DNA of 58,860 nucleotides from a virus: the IMG/VR virus record IMGVR_UViG_3300045988_111499, positions 1 to 58,860 of that record; one strand, given 5' to 3'. The notes beneath the pieces were generated by a model that was given only the letters and a program-made list of their open reading frames with translations, searched no databases and had not been told where the DNA came from. The position numbers and the translations under genes are program-made. This document shows positions 25,930 through 33,935 of the stretch, piece by piece. Numbering within the stretch: the stretch's first letter is position 1; every line of letters begins with the position of its first letter.

Positions 25930-26298
25930 TTATTTTTTACGCTTTTTCGCCGCTTTTACGGCAATTCCTATTGTCCCTCCCGCAGCAGCTGCGCCAACAC
26001 CGCACACGGCAACATTTTTGGCAACCTCCTTCCGCTTTCTCTCTTCCTCTTCGCGCTTTAGCCGTTCTTCTTCACGTCTCTTAGCTTCTTCTTGAGCCTT
26101 TATAACATATGGACAGCTTCCGTCGGCATAGTGATAATGCGCAGGCTTGCCATGATGGTAGTGATAATCACCTGTGCTGTGATCATAATGTCCGCCGTCA
26201 GAATCTGTTCGCCCGCTGTGTGCTACACATGGCGACGCGAGTACAAGAGCCAGCAATATCGCAATAACAGCTGTTCTTTTGCATTCTTTTGTCCGCAT
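25930..26298 (-). CDS. YHYH-motif protein with C-terminal membrane anchor (paralog of 25299-25907 N-domain)
   Basis: HSGRTDSDGGHYDHSTGDYHYHHGKPAHYH. Start ATG 26298 overlaps the upstream stop (TAATG). Confidence 0.65.
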   Translation of the reverse strand: MRTKECKRTAVIAILLALVLASPCVAHSGRTDSDGGHYDHSTGDYHYHHGKPAHYHYADGSCPYVIKAQEEAKRREEERLKREEEERKRKEVAKNVAVCGVGAAAAGGTIGIAVKAAKKRKK

Positions 26299-26726
26299 TA
26301 CAGTCGACCTTTCCGCTTCCACTTTTCAAGCTTCTTCTCCACTATCCTCGACACACGTTCTTCTGGCTTCTCTTCGCCAAACAACAGCACCAAAGCTCCA
26401 ACAACGGAAGCAAGCATAATCGCAACGCAAACAACAACCTTTATGATGTTCGACACGATTTCACTCGCACACCACTGATTCATAAAAAAATATCTCAACC
26501 CCAGGCACTTTTCGTCATAACAAAGAATTGCAAGAATCGAAAACGCAAATACGCAAGGAACAAATGTGATAAACACAACAATGTTAGGGTGATTTCCGCC
26601 CAATCTGTCAAACCACTTAAACCGAGCTGATAAGAGTGACACCAAAAGAAACCACATCTCAAGAGTGTAAGGGAGTAGGAAAACTGCAAACACTGTCGCA
26701 ATTGTACAGCCATAAAGCGTACTCAC
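26298..26726 (-). CDS. Polytopic membrane protein (about 4 TM)
   Basis: 142 aa and hydrophobic. Coupled to the repressor gene upstream. Confidence 0.6.
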   Translation of the reverse strand: MSTLYGCTIATVFAVFLLPYTLEMWFLLVSLLSARFKWFDRLGGNHPNIVVFITFVPCVFAFSILAILCYDEKCLGLRYFFMNQWCASEIVSNIIKVVVCVAIMLASVVGALVLLFGEEKPEERVSRIVEKKLEKWKRKGRL

Positions 26727-27058
26727 TTCTTCCCCTCCAATCTGTCAAGCGTATCCATCAGCCAACCGCGCATATCCTCCGGCAAGGCTTCAATCCGCCT
26801 GTATAATTCCATATCAATATCCTCAGCTTCCACCTCGGGAGCCTTTTCTTTTGCTTCCGGTTCTTCTTCGTCGCACAAATACTCAACCGTCGTTCCGAGT
26901 ATTTCCGCGATTTTCGCTAAACGTTCATCGGTCAACTTGTTCTTACCGCGTTCAACATCCGCAAGGTATGTCCTGTTTAAGCCTAATTGTTCGCAAATAA
27001 AGCTCTTCTTGACGCCTTTTAATTTAATTAGAGCGTTGATTTTGTTGATGTTGTACAC
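26723..27058 (-). CDS. XRE/CI-like repressor
   Basis: Track ORF 26723-27229. Likely start is GTG 27058 (VYNINKINALIKLKGVKKSFICEQLGLNRTYLADVERGK...), an HTH_3 pattern. Confidence 0.6.
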   Translation of the reverse strand: MYNINKINALIKLKGVKKSFICEQLGLNRTYLADVERGKNKLTDERLAKIAEILGTTVEYLCDEEEPEAKEKAPEVEAEDIDMELYRRIEALPEDMRGWLMDTLDRLEGKK

Positions 27059-27114
27059 AAAGAAATACCTCTTCTTGTCAAAAACATAGAATCCCAATTT
27101 TTGTTGGAAATCTC

Positions 27115-27144
27115 TTGACTTCCCAACGATTGTTGGAGTATAAT
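27115..27144 (+). promoter_or_regulatory. Sigma-A promoter TTGACT, 18 nt, TATAAT driving the tRNA cassette
   Basis: -35 at 27115-27120 and -10 at 27139-27144. Divergent from the CI-like gene. Confidence 0.6.
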
Positions 27145-27248
27145 ATACACGTAGCCGGAACACAGGAGAGCTTCGGTTACAGTCTGTCCTCCATTTTTGA
27201 TTATACCGTGTAAGCGGCGGATAGGGCACACGCCGAACTGCACGGACA

Positions 27249-27318
27249 ACGCGTCATATGTTCAACGGTAGACAGTGTCACAGTGACACAACAGCGGTTC
27301 GACTCCGCAAGGCGCGTC
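27249..27318 (+). ncRNA. tRNA-like element with non-canonical anticodon arm (possible tRNA pseudogene)
   Basis: Acceptor pairing CGCGTC/GGCGCG, D-arm TGTT-CAACGGTA-GACA and T-arm GCGG-TTCGACT-CCGC. The anticodon region GTGTCACAGTGACAC cannot form a 5-bp stem with a U33/R37 7-nt loop. Confidence 0.3.
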
Positions 27319-27396
27319 TTGTCATTGAGTTGTTTTCTCATTGATTTTACTCCTTTCGACGAGAGATAGGTCTCGGACATTCCCTGTCTCTCGTAC

Positions 27397-27467
27397 TGGG
27401 GAATCGCCAAACGGTAAGGCAAGGGACTTTGACTCCCTCATCGCAGGTTCAACTCCTGCTTTCCCAT
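27397..27467 (+). tRNA. tRNA-Gln (anticodon UUG at 27429-27431)
   Basis: Full cloverleaf folded by hand: TGGGGAA/TTTCCCA acceptor, GCC-AAACGGTAA-GGC D-arm, AGGGA-CTTTGAC-TCCCT anticodon arm, GCAGG-TTCAACT-CCTGC T-arm. The 5' half is close to E. coli tRNA-Gln as I recall it. Confidence 0.85.
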
Positions 27468-27471
27468 TTCA

Positions 27472-27702
27472 TCACCGATTAACCTCCGGCTTGTCCGTCC
27501 TCCCGAGAAGATAGTCAACGGACACGTCGAGATAATCGGCAATGCGCACAATTGCTTCGAGCCGGGGATAATACCCGCCGCTCTGCATGGATGAAAGTGT
27601 ATTGATACTCAGCTGGCAGTCATTGAGCATCTGCTTAATTGTAACGCCCCTGACTTTAGCGGACTTCTTAATAACCGCCGCTACCTCTTGTGTACCATAC
27701 AC
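27472..27702 (-). CDS. XRE-family HTH regulator
   Basis: Track ORF 27472-27762. Likely start is GTG 27702, 8 nt after GGGAGG. The segment ..GVTIKQMLNDCQLSINTLSSMQSG.. is the HTH. Confidence 0.6.
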   Translation of the reverse strand: MYGTQEVAAVIKKSAKVRGVTIKQMLNDCQLSINTLSSMQSGGYYPRLEAIVRIADYLDVSVDYLLGRTDKPEVNR

Positions 27703-27737
27703 AAAAAACACCTCCCGAAATTGTGCAAGCATACAAA

Positions 27738-27790
27738 TCACAAGAAGTTGTGAGTAACCCATTGAAAATCACAAGAACTCGTGATATAAT
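27738..27790 (+). promoter_or_regulatory. Switch region: operator-like inverted repeats TCACAAGAAGTTGTGA (27738-27753) and ATCACAAGAACTCGTGAT (27768-27785), plus promoter TTGAAA, 17 nt, TATAAT (27762-27790)
   Basis: Read directly. The second inverted repeat fills the promoter spacer. Lies between divergent HTH genes. Confidence 0.7.
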
Positions 27791-28007
27791 AATTACAGCA
27801 AAGCCACCGTAACGACTTCGCTGAATTTTTTCGAACAGCACAGTAATATGTTGTTAGCTAATCGAAGCAAAGCGAAATCGCCCGGTGTGACCCGAACGAA
27901 AACATATATAAACTCTAACCAAGGTCATTATATCAAGTTTTCGAACGGCTGTCAATATTCATTTGCGCAAAACTCCAACAAATTGTAGAAAGAAAGGAGG
28001 AACACCC

Positions 28008-28217
28008 TTGTATAACATAATCAAATCAAGAATGGCTGTTATCGGGCTGAAAAACGTAGACATAATAAGAATCATTAACCAGCGTTATAACGAACACTTA
28101 ATCCCACCTACATTTTCAGCCGCCCTCACAGCTTCCCACAAAACCCCTCGTCAGGAACAAATCTGCGACTGGGCGGAAGAAATCATCACAGAAAAAGAAA
28201 ACGAACAGAAACAGTAA
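28008..28217 (+). CDS. Small Cro-position protein
   Basis: TTG 28008 is 5 nt after AAAGGAGG (LYNIIKSRMAVIGLKNVDIIRIIN...). Confidence 0.5.
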   Translation: MYNIIKSRMAVIGLKNVDIIRIINQRYNEHLIPPTFSAALTASHKTPRQEQICDWAEEIITEKENEQKQ

Positions 28218-28232
28218 GAAAGGAGACAGCCG

Positions 28233-28505
28233 ATGAACCGCGACCAGCTCACCGTAACAAAGCAGTGCGCCATAGTATGGCAAAACGTAGAGTATCTGAA
28301 ATCGCTTAAAGGCGCAACAGATACCGACATAGCACGAGCGATGAACAGAAGCGTGCAGACCGTAGTAAACCGCAGGTCACACCCAAGGAACACCACGGTC
28401 GACGATTTGATAAAGCTCGGCAAATACTTCAAAATCCCGCCAGCATCCCTGTTAATGCCCCTCGTAGCCGCAGAACCGCCGAAGCCGGAGGAATACATCA
28501 AATGA
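28233..28505 (+). CDS. HTH protein
   Basis: 90 aa with the segment ..GATDTDIARAMNRSVQTVVNRRSHP... Confidence 0.55.
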   Translation: MNRDQLTVTKQCAIVWQNVEYLKSLKGATDTDIARAMNRSVQTVVNRRSHPRNTTVDDLIKLGKYFKIPPASLLMPLVAAEPPKPEEYIK

Positions 28506-28795
28506 CATCCCCCTACAAATTCAGCGAGTGGACATACGTTGATAAGGCAATCGCCGAAAATCGCCACGTATGCACCCGCTGTCACAGTGACATTACATCG
28601 GACCACATCGGAAAGCCCGTCCTCATCACATACGACGGAGACAATATCGAGTATATTTGCCCCGACTGCACAGCAGACTTCTTCTTCTACTCCCTCGGCA
28701 AGACGCTAGAAGCACTGAATTGCGACCCCGTAGACACCGAGCAGGACGAAGAAGACCGAAAGGAGCGGATGAAGAATGCCGAGATACCTTTATGA
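28502..28795 (+). CDS. Zinc-ribbon-like protein
   Basis: CTRCH...CPDC pairs. 97 aa. Confidence 0.5.
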   Translation: MTSPYKFSEWTYVDKAIAENRHVCTRCHSDITSDHIGKPVLITYDGDNIEYICPDCTADFFFYSLGKTLEALNCDPVDTEQDEEDRKERMKNAEIPL

Positions 28796-28970
28796 TGTGA
28801 CCAATCTGCACACCCAGACACCGGAAGTAAAGTCAGGCAAGAGACGCAAAGTCGCATCACATAACAAAATAGACCCCGCAGATACAGCCGTCTGCCTGAC
28901 CTGCACCGCAAAGAAATGCACAGGCGCAGCTGCTTGCTTTAAGCGAAGAAAAAAGGAGACAACCAAATGA
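28776..28970 (+). CDS. Small basic Cys-containing protein
   Basis: 64-aa ORF coupled to its neighbours. Confidence 0.4.
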   Translation: MPRYLYDVTNLHTQTPEVKSGKRRKVASHNKIDPADTAVCLTCTAKKCTGAAACFKRRKKETTK

Positions 28971-29857
28971 ACGAAGAATTGACCGAACTTATAACGATAG
29001 AGCAGCTTCCCGTAGTTGCAGAACGCTTCTCACAGATGATTGAACCCGTGCAGGAGCGTGTAAACTCAATCCTCGCAATGGAATGTAACGAAGAAACAAA
29101 GGGCGAAGTTAAGAAAGCCCGCGCAGACCTCAACAAATTCCGCAAGGCATTGAGCAACGCCGCAAAAGCAAAAAAAAATGAGCTGTTCGCACCTTGGAAT
29201 CTTGTTGAAACCGAAATAAAGCGCATAGACAGCATATGCAGCGAAGCGGACACGGAACTGCAAGGCAAAATCGGAGCAATCGAAACCGCGCAGAAAAACG
29301 AGAAGAAAGAAGAGATACAAAGCTATTACAACGAAAAGTGTAAGACTTTGGAACTCGGCTGGCTTGACTACGAGCGAATGAACCTCAATATCCGTCTCTC
29401 AGACAGCCTGTCAGCCCTCAGAAAAGCCGTAGACCAGTTCACGGACAAAGTATCGGGCGACGTTACCGCAATCCTTGCTATGCCTGACAGCGCCGAGATA
29501 ATGAGCGAATACAAACAGTCTCTCGACCTCGGATATTCCGTGAAAACCGTAAACGACCGTAAGGAAAGAATCAAAGCGGAAGCGGCAAGGCTTGAACAGC
29601 TGAAAGAGGAACAGCAGAAAGTGGCAGAACACGCAGAGAGCGTTCAGAAAGCCGCACAGAGCGCAGAAGAGCAGAGCGCGGTACTAACTCAGCCTGAGGT
29701 TAAACAAGTCCCTGCCGAACCCCCGCAGCCCGAAGAACAGGTTTGCGAGGTTCGCATATATACAGCAAGCATTACGGTAAGAGGAACAATGCAGCAGCTC
29801 AGACAGCTCAAACAGTTTATCGTAGACAACAACATCGAAATATTACCGAAGGAGTAA
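28967..29857 (+). CDS. DUF1351-like protein (typical partner upstream of RecT)
   Basis: N-terminal ..LITIEQLPVVAERFSQM.. followed by long coiled coils. Assigned partly from position. Confidence 0.55.
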   Translation: MNEELTELITIEQLPVVAERFSQMIEPVQERVNSILAMECNEETKGEVKKARADLNKFRKALSNAAKAKKNELFAPWNLVETEIKRIDSICSEADTELQGKIGAIETAQKNEKKEEIQSYYNEKCKTLELGWLDYERMNLNIRLSDSLSALRKAVDQFTDKVSGDVTAILAMPDSAEIMSEYKQSLDLGYSVKTVNDRKERIKAEAARLEQLKEEQQKVAEHAESVQKAAQSAEEQSAVLTQPEVKQVPAEPPQPEEQVCEVRIYTASITVRGTMQQLRQLKQFIVDNNIEILPKE

Positions 29858-29861
29858 AACA

Positions 29862-30779
29862 ATGAACACACAGCCCGCCCCTCAGAAAATGAAATTCTCA
29901 ACAGCAATCACAACCAAAGGTTACAAACAACTTATTGCAAATACTCTCACAGAACCGAAGCGTCAGGCAAGATTTGTAGCGGCTATCACATCGGCAGTCG
30001 GAGTGAATCCCGCGCTTCAGGAGTGCGATTCTAAGTCGGTAATCTCCGGCGCACTTCTCGGCGAATCCCTCGGCTTGTCCCCTTCCCCTCAGCTCGGGCA
30101 GTATTACCTCGTCCCCTTTAAGCAGAAAGAGAAGAGAGACCGAAACGGAAACATACTTGAACCGGAATGCACAAAAGCGACGTTTATCATCGGTTACAAG
30201 GGAATGCTCCAGCTTGCAATGCGCTCAGGCTACTATAAGAAAATCGTAGTGCTTGAACTGAAAAAAGGCGAACTTGCAGGTTTTGACCCGCTCGAAGAAA
30301 CAATCGAATGCAGTCTCATTGAAGACCCCGACGAAAGAGAAGCCGCTCCGACAGTCGGATATTACGCAATGTTCGAGTATCAGAACGGATTCAGAAAAGC
30401 CATTTATTGGACGCAGAACAAGATGATGCGCCACGCAGACCACTACAGCAAAGCATTCTCCGCCAAAGAATACGAAAGACTTCTGCGCGGTGAAATTCCC
30501 GAAAAAGAACTTTGGAAGTATTCTTCATTTTGGTACACATCGTTCGACGATATGGCAAAGAAAACAATGCTCCGTCAGCTTCTCTCACATTGGGGAATGC
30601 TTTCGACCGATATGCAGGAAGCGTTCGAAGCGGACGGTGAATCTATCACAAACGACGGAAACAACCTCGTACCCGAAATAGACGCAGGAGATACCGAACC
30701 GATAGAACCCGCACAGCCGAATGACGCACCCGTACCGCAGACAACCGAACCCGAAAACGTTGACATAAGCGCACTTTAA
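29862..30779 (+). CDS. recT: RecT-family single-strand annealing recombinase
   Basis: The segments ..SVISGALLGESLGLSPSPQLGQYYLVPF...IIGYKGMLQLAMRSGYYKKI.. are RecT hallmarks. Confidence 0.85.
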   Translation: MNTQPAPQKMKFSTAITTKGYKQLIANTLTEPKRQARFVAAITSAVGVNPALQECDSKSVISGALLGESLGLSPSPQLGQYYLVPFKQKEKRDRNGNILEPECTKATFIIGYKGMLQLAMRSGYYKKIVVLELKKGELAGFDPLEETIECSLIEDPDEREAAPTVGYYAMFEYQNGFRKAIYWTQNKMMRHADHYSKAFSAKEYERLLRGEIPEKELWKYSSFWYTSFDDMAKKTMLRQLLSHWGMLSTDMQEAFEADGESITNDGNNLVPEIDAGDTEPIEPAQPNDAPVPQTTEPENVDISAL

Positions 30780-30782
30780 ACC

Positions 30783-31448
30783 ATGAGACCGGAAGACATA
30801 AAGATAATCGCTACAGGCTCATCAGGCAACGCCACATATCTCACGCCATATAGAACGATGATTGACTGCGGCGTATCGAAAAAGGATATCGGCAAAGACG
30901 TATTCAAAAACGTCTCACTGATTCTTCTTACGCACCGCCACAGCGACCATTTCAACAAGCGTACAATCAAAGCCTTTGGCAGTCAGCGTCCATCTGTGCG
31001 GTTTGGCTGCGGCGAGTTTCTTGTTCCGCTTCTACTCGACTGCGGTATCAGCCCGCAGCAGATTGACGTATATGAGCCGGACAAGGAATACAACTATGGC
31101 TTTCTCTCGCTTGAAACGGTGACACTCACGCACGATGTGCCGAACATCGGCTACAAGCTGCACCTCGCGAAAGATAAACAGAACCTCATATACGCCACCG
31201 ACACAAACAACCTGAACGGAATAACGGCTAAGGACTACGATTATTACCTCATCGAAGCCAATTATACCACAGAAGAAATCCATGACCGAATAAAGCAAAA
31301 GGAAATGGAAGGTAAATACGCATATGAGTACGCCGTGACGCATAACCACCTGTCAGCAGAGAGAGCCAACGATTGGTTAGCAGAAAACGCCGGTGCGAAC
31401 AGCACGATTTACTATATGCACGAGCATAGGGAGAGAACCAATGCCTAA
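30783..31448 (+). CDS. Metallo-beta-lactamase-fold hydrolase (putative recombination exonuclease partner)
   Basis: LLTHRHSDH (HxHxDH) motif. Directly follows recT. Confidence 0.8.
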   Translation: MRPEDIKIIATGSSGNATYLTPYRTMIDCGVSKKDIGKDVFKNVSLILLTHRHSDHFNKRTIKAFGSQRPSVRFGCGEFLVPLLLDCGISPQQIDVYEPDKEYNYGFLSLETVTLTHDVPNIGYKLHLAKDKQNLIYATDTNNLNGITAKDYDYYLIEANYTTEEIHDRIKQKEMEGKYAYEYAVTHNHLSAERANDWLAENAGANSTIYYMHEHRERTNA

Positions 31449-31686
31449 GCGCGGAAGCGGAAAACTGTACGAGCTGAACGGCGAACGGCATACGCTGACG
31501 GAGTGGTGCAGGCTCTACGGCGTTCCCGTGCAGAGAACGTAGGGAAGAATCAGCCGCGGCAACTATACCCTCTACGAAGCACTCACAACGCCGCAGGAGA
31601 ACCCGATTCAATCACGCAGACGAAAGGAGGCACGGAAGAATGAGAAAGGCAACGGAAATAATAGACGAGAGACAACTAGTGAGTGA
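31441..31686 (+). pseudogene. Small DNA-binding-type gene split by an in-frame TAG (31540-31542)
   Basis: ATG 31441 follows AGGGAGAG. Translation is MPKRGSGKLYELNGERHTLTEWCRLYGVPVQRT-TAG-GRISRGNYTLYEALTTPQ.... The conserved-looking second half lies after the stop. Confidence 0.5.
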
Positions 31687-31894
31687 GCTGCACATCAACT
31701 GGAAATCGCGCGGCTACACCGACGGCGGAATGGCGGAATTGCTCGAAATAACACCGAAAACAATTCATTACAAACTCAGCGGAAACTTCCCTCACAACGG
31801 CTACAAAGCGCATTTTAAGGTCAACGAGATATTACAGATAATACACTATCTCGGCTTCAAGCTCTATCTTGTGAGAGAGGATGATGAGAAATGA
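31640..31894 (+). CDS. Small HTH-like protein
   Basis: 84 aa with the segment ..GGMAELLEITPKTIHYKLSG... Confidence 0.5.
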   Translation: MRKATEIIDERQLVSELHINWKSRGYTDGGMAELLEITPKTIHYKLSGNFPHNGYKAHFKVNEILQIIHYLGFKLYLVREDDEK

Positions 31895-32736
31895 ACATCC
31901 CCGACAGATGGATAGCTAAGCTCGATTCTCTCCCACCCAAGGACTTCAAAACGCTTGTGATGGCAATTCTGAAAGACGAGAGCGAACCCGAGATAACGGA
32001 AAAATTACAGTTCGTCGCTTCCGATATTTACGCCGATATCAAGCAGTTACAGCAAACAAGCGAACGTGTGAGAAAGTCTCGCTCAAAGCGTTACAGTAAC
32101 GTTACAGTAACAGTTACGGAAACGTTACAGAAACATAACAGTAACGGTTACAGTAACGTTACAGAAACAAAAGAAGAGAAAAGAGAAGCGTCTCCCCCTT
32201 GTTCCCCCTCTTCTTTTCCCCCACACCCCCTTATTAACTCCCCCTATAATCCCCCTCTTGAAGAGAAAAGAGAAGAAGCACTAACGGGCGTGTGCGCGGG
32301 CGCGTGTGAGGAAGAGCAGATACCCTTCGAGGGCTTTGAACCTCTTGACCCGCCGGAATCCGAGGTTAAGCGCAGAAAACCGACGATAGCGGAGCGTTTT
32401 GAAGCCTTATGGGCAGAATACCCCAAGAAAAACGGCAAAAAGAACGCTTTTGAGAGCTATCAGAGAGCTATAGCAGCCGGAGTAACCGACGAGACTATAG
32501 CCGACGGTATCAAGCGATACAAGGAGCATATAGCCGCAAAGCGCACGAGCGAACAGTACATACTTGCAGGCTCGACATACTTCTACCAGTGGCGATGGCA
32601 GGACATATACGACACCGTATCAGCCGCACCAACTTGCAGCGAAAAATCGGGAGGTGATGAATTTCTAAATTACCTCAACGAGGAACTTGAAAAAGAAAAA
32701 GCGAAAAGAGAAAGCCGATGGACAGAACAGACGTAA
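31891..32736 (+). CDS. Replication initiator / replisome organiser (SPP1 G38P-like) containing the origin iterons
   Basis: Iterons lie inside the ORF. C-terminal ..FEALWAEYPKKNGKKNAFESYQRAI... Followed by a G39P-like gene. Confidence 0.6.
   Translation: MNIPDRWIAKLDSLPPKDFKTLVMAILKDESEPEITEKLQFVASDIYADIKQLQQTSERVRKSRSKRYSNVTVTVTETLQKHNSNGYSNVTETKEEKREASPPCSPSSFPPHPLINSPYNPPLEEKREEALTGVCAGACEEEQIPFEGFEPLDPPESEVKRRKPTIAERFEALWAEYPKKNGKKNAFESYQRAIAAGVTDETIADGIKRYKEHIAAKRTSEQYILAGSTYFYQWRWQDIYDTVSAAPTCSEKSGGDEFLNYLNEELEKEKAKRESRWTEQT
32090..32168 (+). repeat. Seven tandem ~11-bp iterons GTTACAGTAAC (variants GTTACGGAAAC, GTTACAGAAAC, ATAACAGTAAC)
   Basis: Units start at 32090, 32101, 32113, 32124, 32135, 32147 and 32158. 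Confidence 0.85.
32173..32275 (+). repeat. Two copies of the 16-nt mirror repeat GAAGAGAAAAGAGAAG (32173-32188, 32260-32275) flanking a C-rich pyrimidine tract
   Basis: Read directly, adjacent to the iterons. Confidence 0.8.
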
Positions 32737-33335
32737 TATCAACGCTGAAAATTCTCAAAGTCGCATATCCCGGATTTTACGCGAAGATGAGCAAAACGGA
32801 CGCAGAGGACACCGTATCTGTGTGGTGCGATATGTTTTGCGAAGAGGACGTGAACGTTGTCAAAATCGCTCTGTACAAGGTCATTGAAGAACACACAGGT
32901 TTTCCTCCGACGATAGCTGACATCAAGACGCAGATACGAGAAATGCGCAGAGCGGCGACGGGAGAAAAGACGGACGAAGAACTGTGGTCTCAGCTGAAAG
33001 CGGCAGTGTCGAACGGCTACTACGGGGCAAAAGAGGAATTCGCGAAACTTCCTCCCGAACTGCAAAGATACCTCGGAACGCCTAACACTCTCCGCGAACT
33101 TTCACAGGTTGACACCGATACGTTTAACACCGTCACTCACGGGCAGTTCCTCAAACAGATAGGCATCATCCGTGACAGAGTGAGATTCGACAACGAAACG
33201 CCGCCCGAAATCAAGGCACTGCTCGGCACAGTAACAAAGCCGATACCCGCAAACAACAGACTTACCGAAAACGAATTTAACGAGAGCAGAAACAGACTGC
33301 TCGACACATTGGAAAGGACAAAATACCATGACTGA
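32718..33335 (+). CDS. Helicase-loader-like protein (SPP1 G39P-like N-terminal domain)
   Basis: The segment ..LKILKVAYPGFYAKMSKTDAEDTVSVWCDMF...GFPPTIADIK.. matches the G39P pattern as I recall it. Confidence 0.55.
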   Translation: MDRTDVISTLKILKVAYPGFYAKMSKTDAEDTVSVWCDMFCEEDVNVVKIALYKVIEEHTGFPPTIADIKTQIREMRRAATGEKTDEELWSQLKAAVSNGYYGAKEEFAKLPPELQRYLGTPNTLRELSQVDTDTFNTVTHGQFLKQIGIIRDRVRFDNETPPEIKALLGTVTKPIPANNRLTENEFNESRNRLLDTLERTKYHD

Positions 33336-33558
33336 TAACATAGAACTCACCGAATTTGCACTCTCCTCCTGGAATCTCCCGAGCAAAAAGCCGAAAGTGT
33401 CCGGCGATTACCTCATTTGGACTTCCGGCGGCATAGCAACCGTGGCGAACTACTCCGCCAAATACGACGGCTGGGGAATCACAAGCGACGGAAAAAGAGA
33501 TTACGAAATTAAAGACGTTGAGAGATGGGCAAGCATTATCCTCCCGACAATGTACTAA
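33328..33558 (+). CDS. Hypothetical protein
   Basis: 76-aa coupled ORF. Confidence 0.45.
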   Translation: MTDNIELTEFALSSWNLPSKKPKVSGDYLIWTSGGIATVANYSAKYDGWGITSDGKRDYEIKDVERWASIILPTMY

Positions 33559-33575
33559 CCGAAAGGACACAGGCA

Positions 33576-33884
33576 ATGAAACAAAGGCTGATACAGAATA
33601 CGCTGATATCGAGCGGCGTGACAATGCTCGGAGTTATAACCTCATGCGGAATGTGGTACTACACCGTTCCCTCGTGCGTCGTGTTCGTCGTAAGCGCATT
33701 GACAATGTGTCTGCTCACCATAGCAATAACAGCCGTCAGAGAGCTTCTCAGAACGTATGAGCGCACACTGCCGAAGAAGCGCAGGAGAATCCGCATGAAA
33801 TACGACAGCCGCGGAATGCACACCGACAGTCAGCGTCTCGGCTACGTATCGGCAGAAACAATCAGAGAGGTGTGCAGAAGATGA
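33576..33884 (+). CDS. Membrane protein (2 TM)
   Basis: Internal ATG 33576 follows AAAGGA (MKQRLIQNTLISSGVTMLGV...). Confidence 0.45.
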   Translation: MKQRLIQNTLISSGVTMLGVITSCGMWYYTVPSCVVFVVSALTMCLLTIAITAVRELLRTYERTLPKKRRRIRMKYDSRGMHTDSQRLGYVSAETIREVCRR

Positions 33885-33935
33885 ACACCTCACGGAAGCG
33901 GCACAGAGCAAAACAAAAACGAAAGGAGCAAAACA

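Noticed and set aside
27249-27318. tRNA-like element as a suppressor tRNA
   Set aside because: No CTA, TCA or TTA triplet can be placed at positions 34-36 of a canonical 7-nt loop. The best 7-nt loop (CACAGTG) would give anticodon CAG with A33 and U37, which is non-functional by normal rules.
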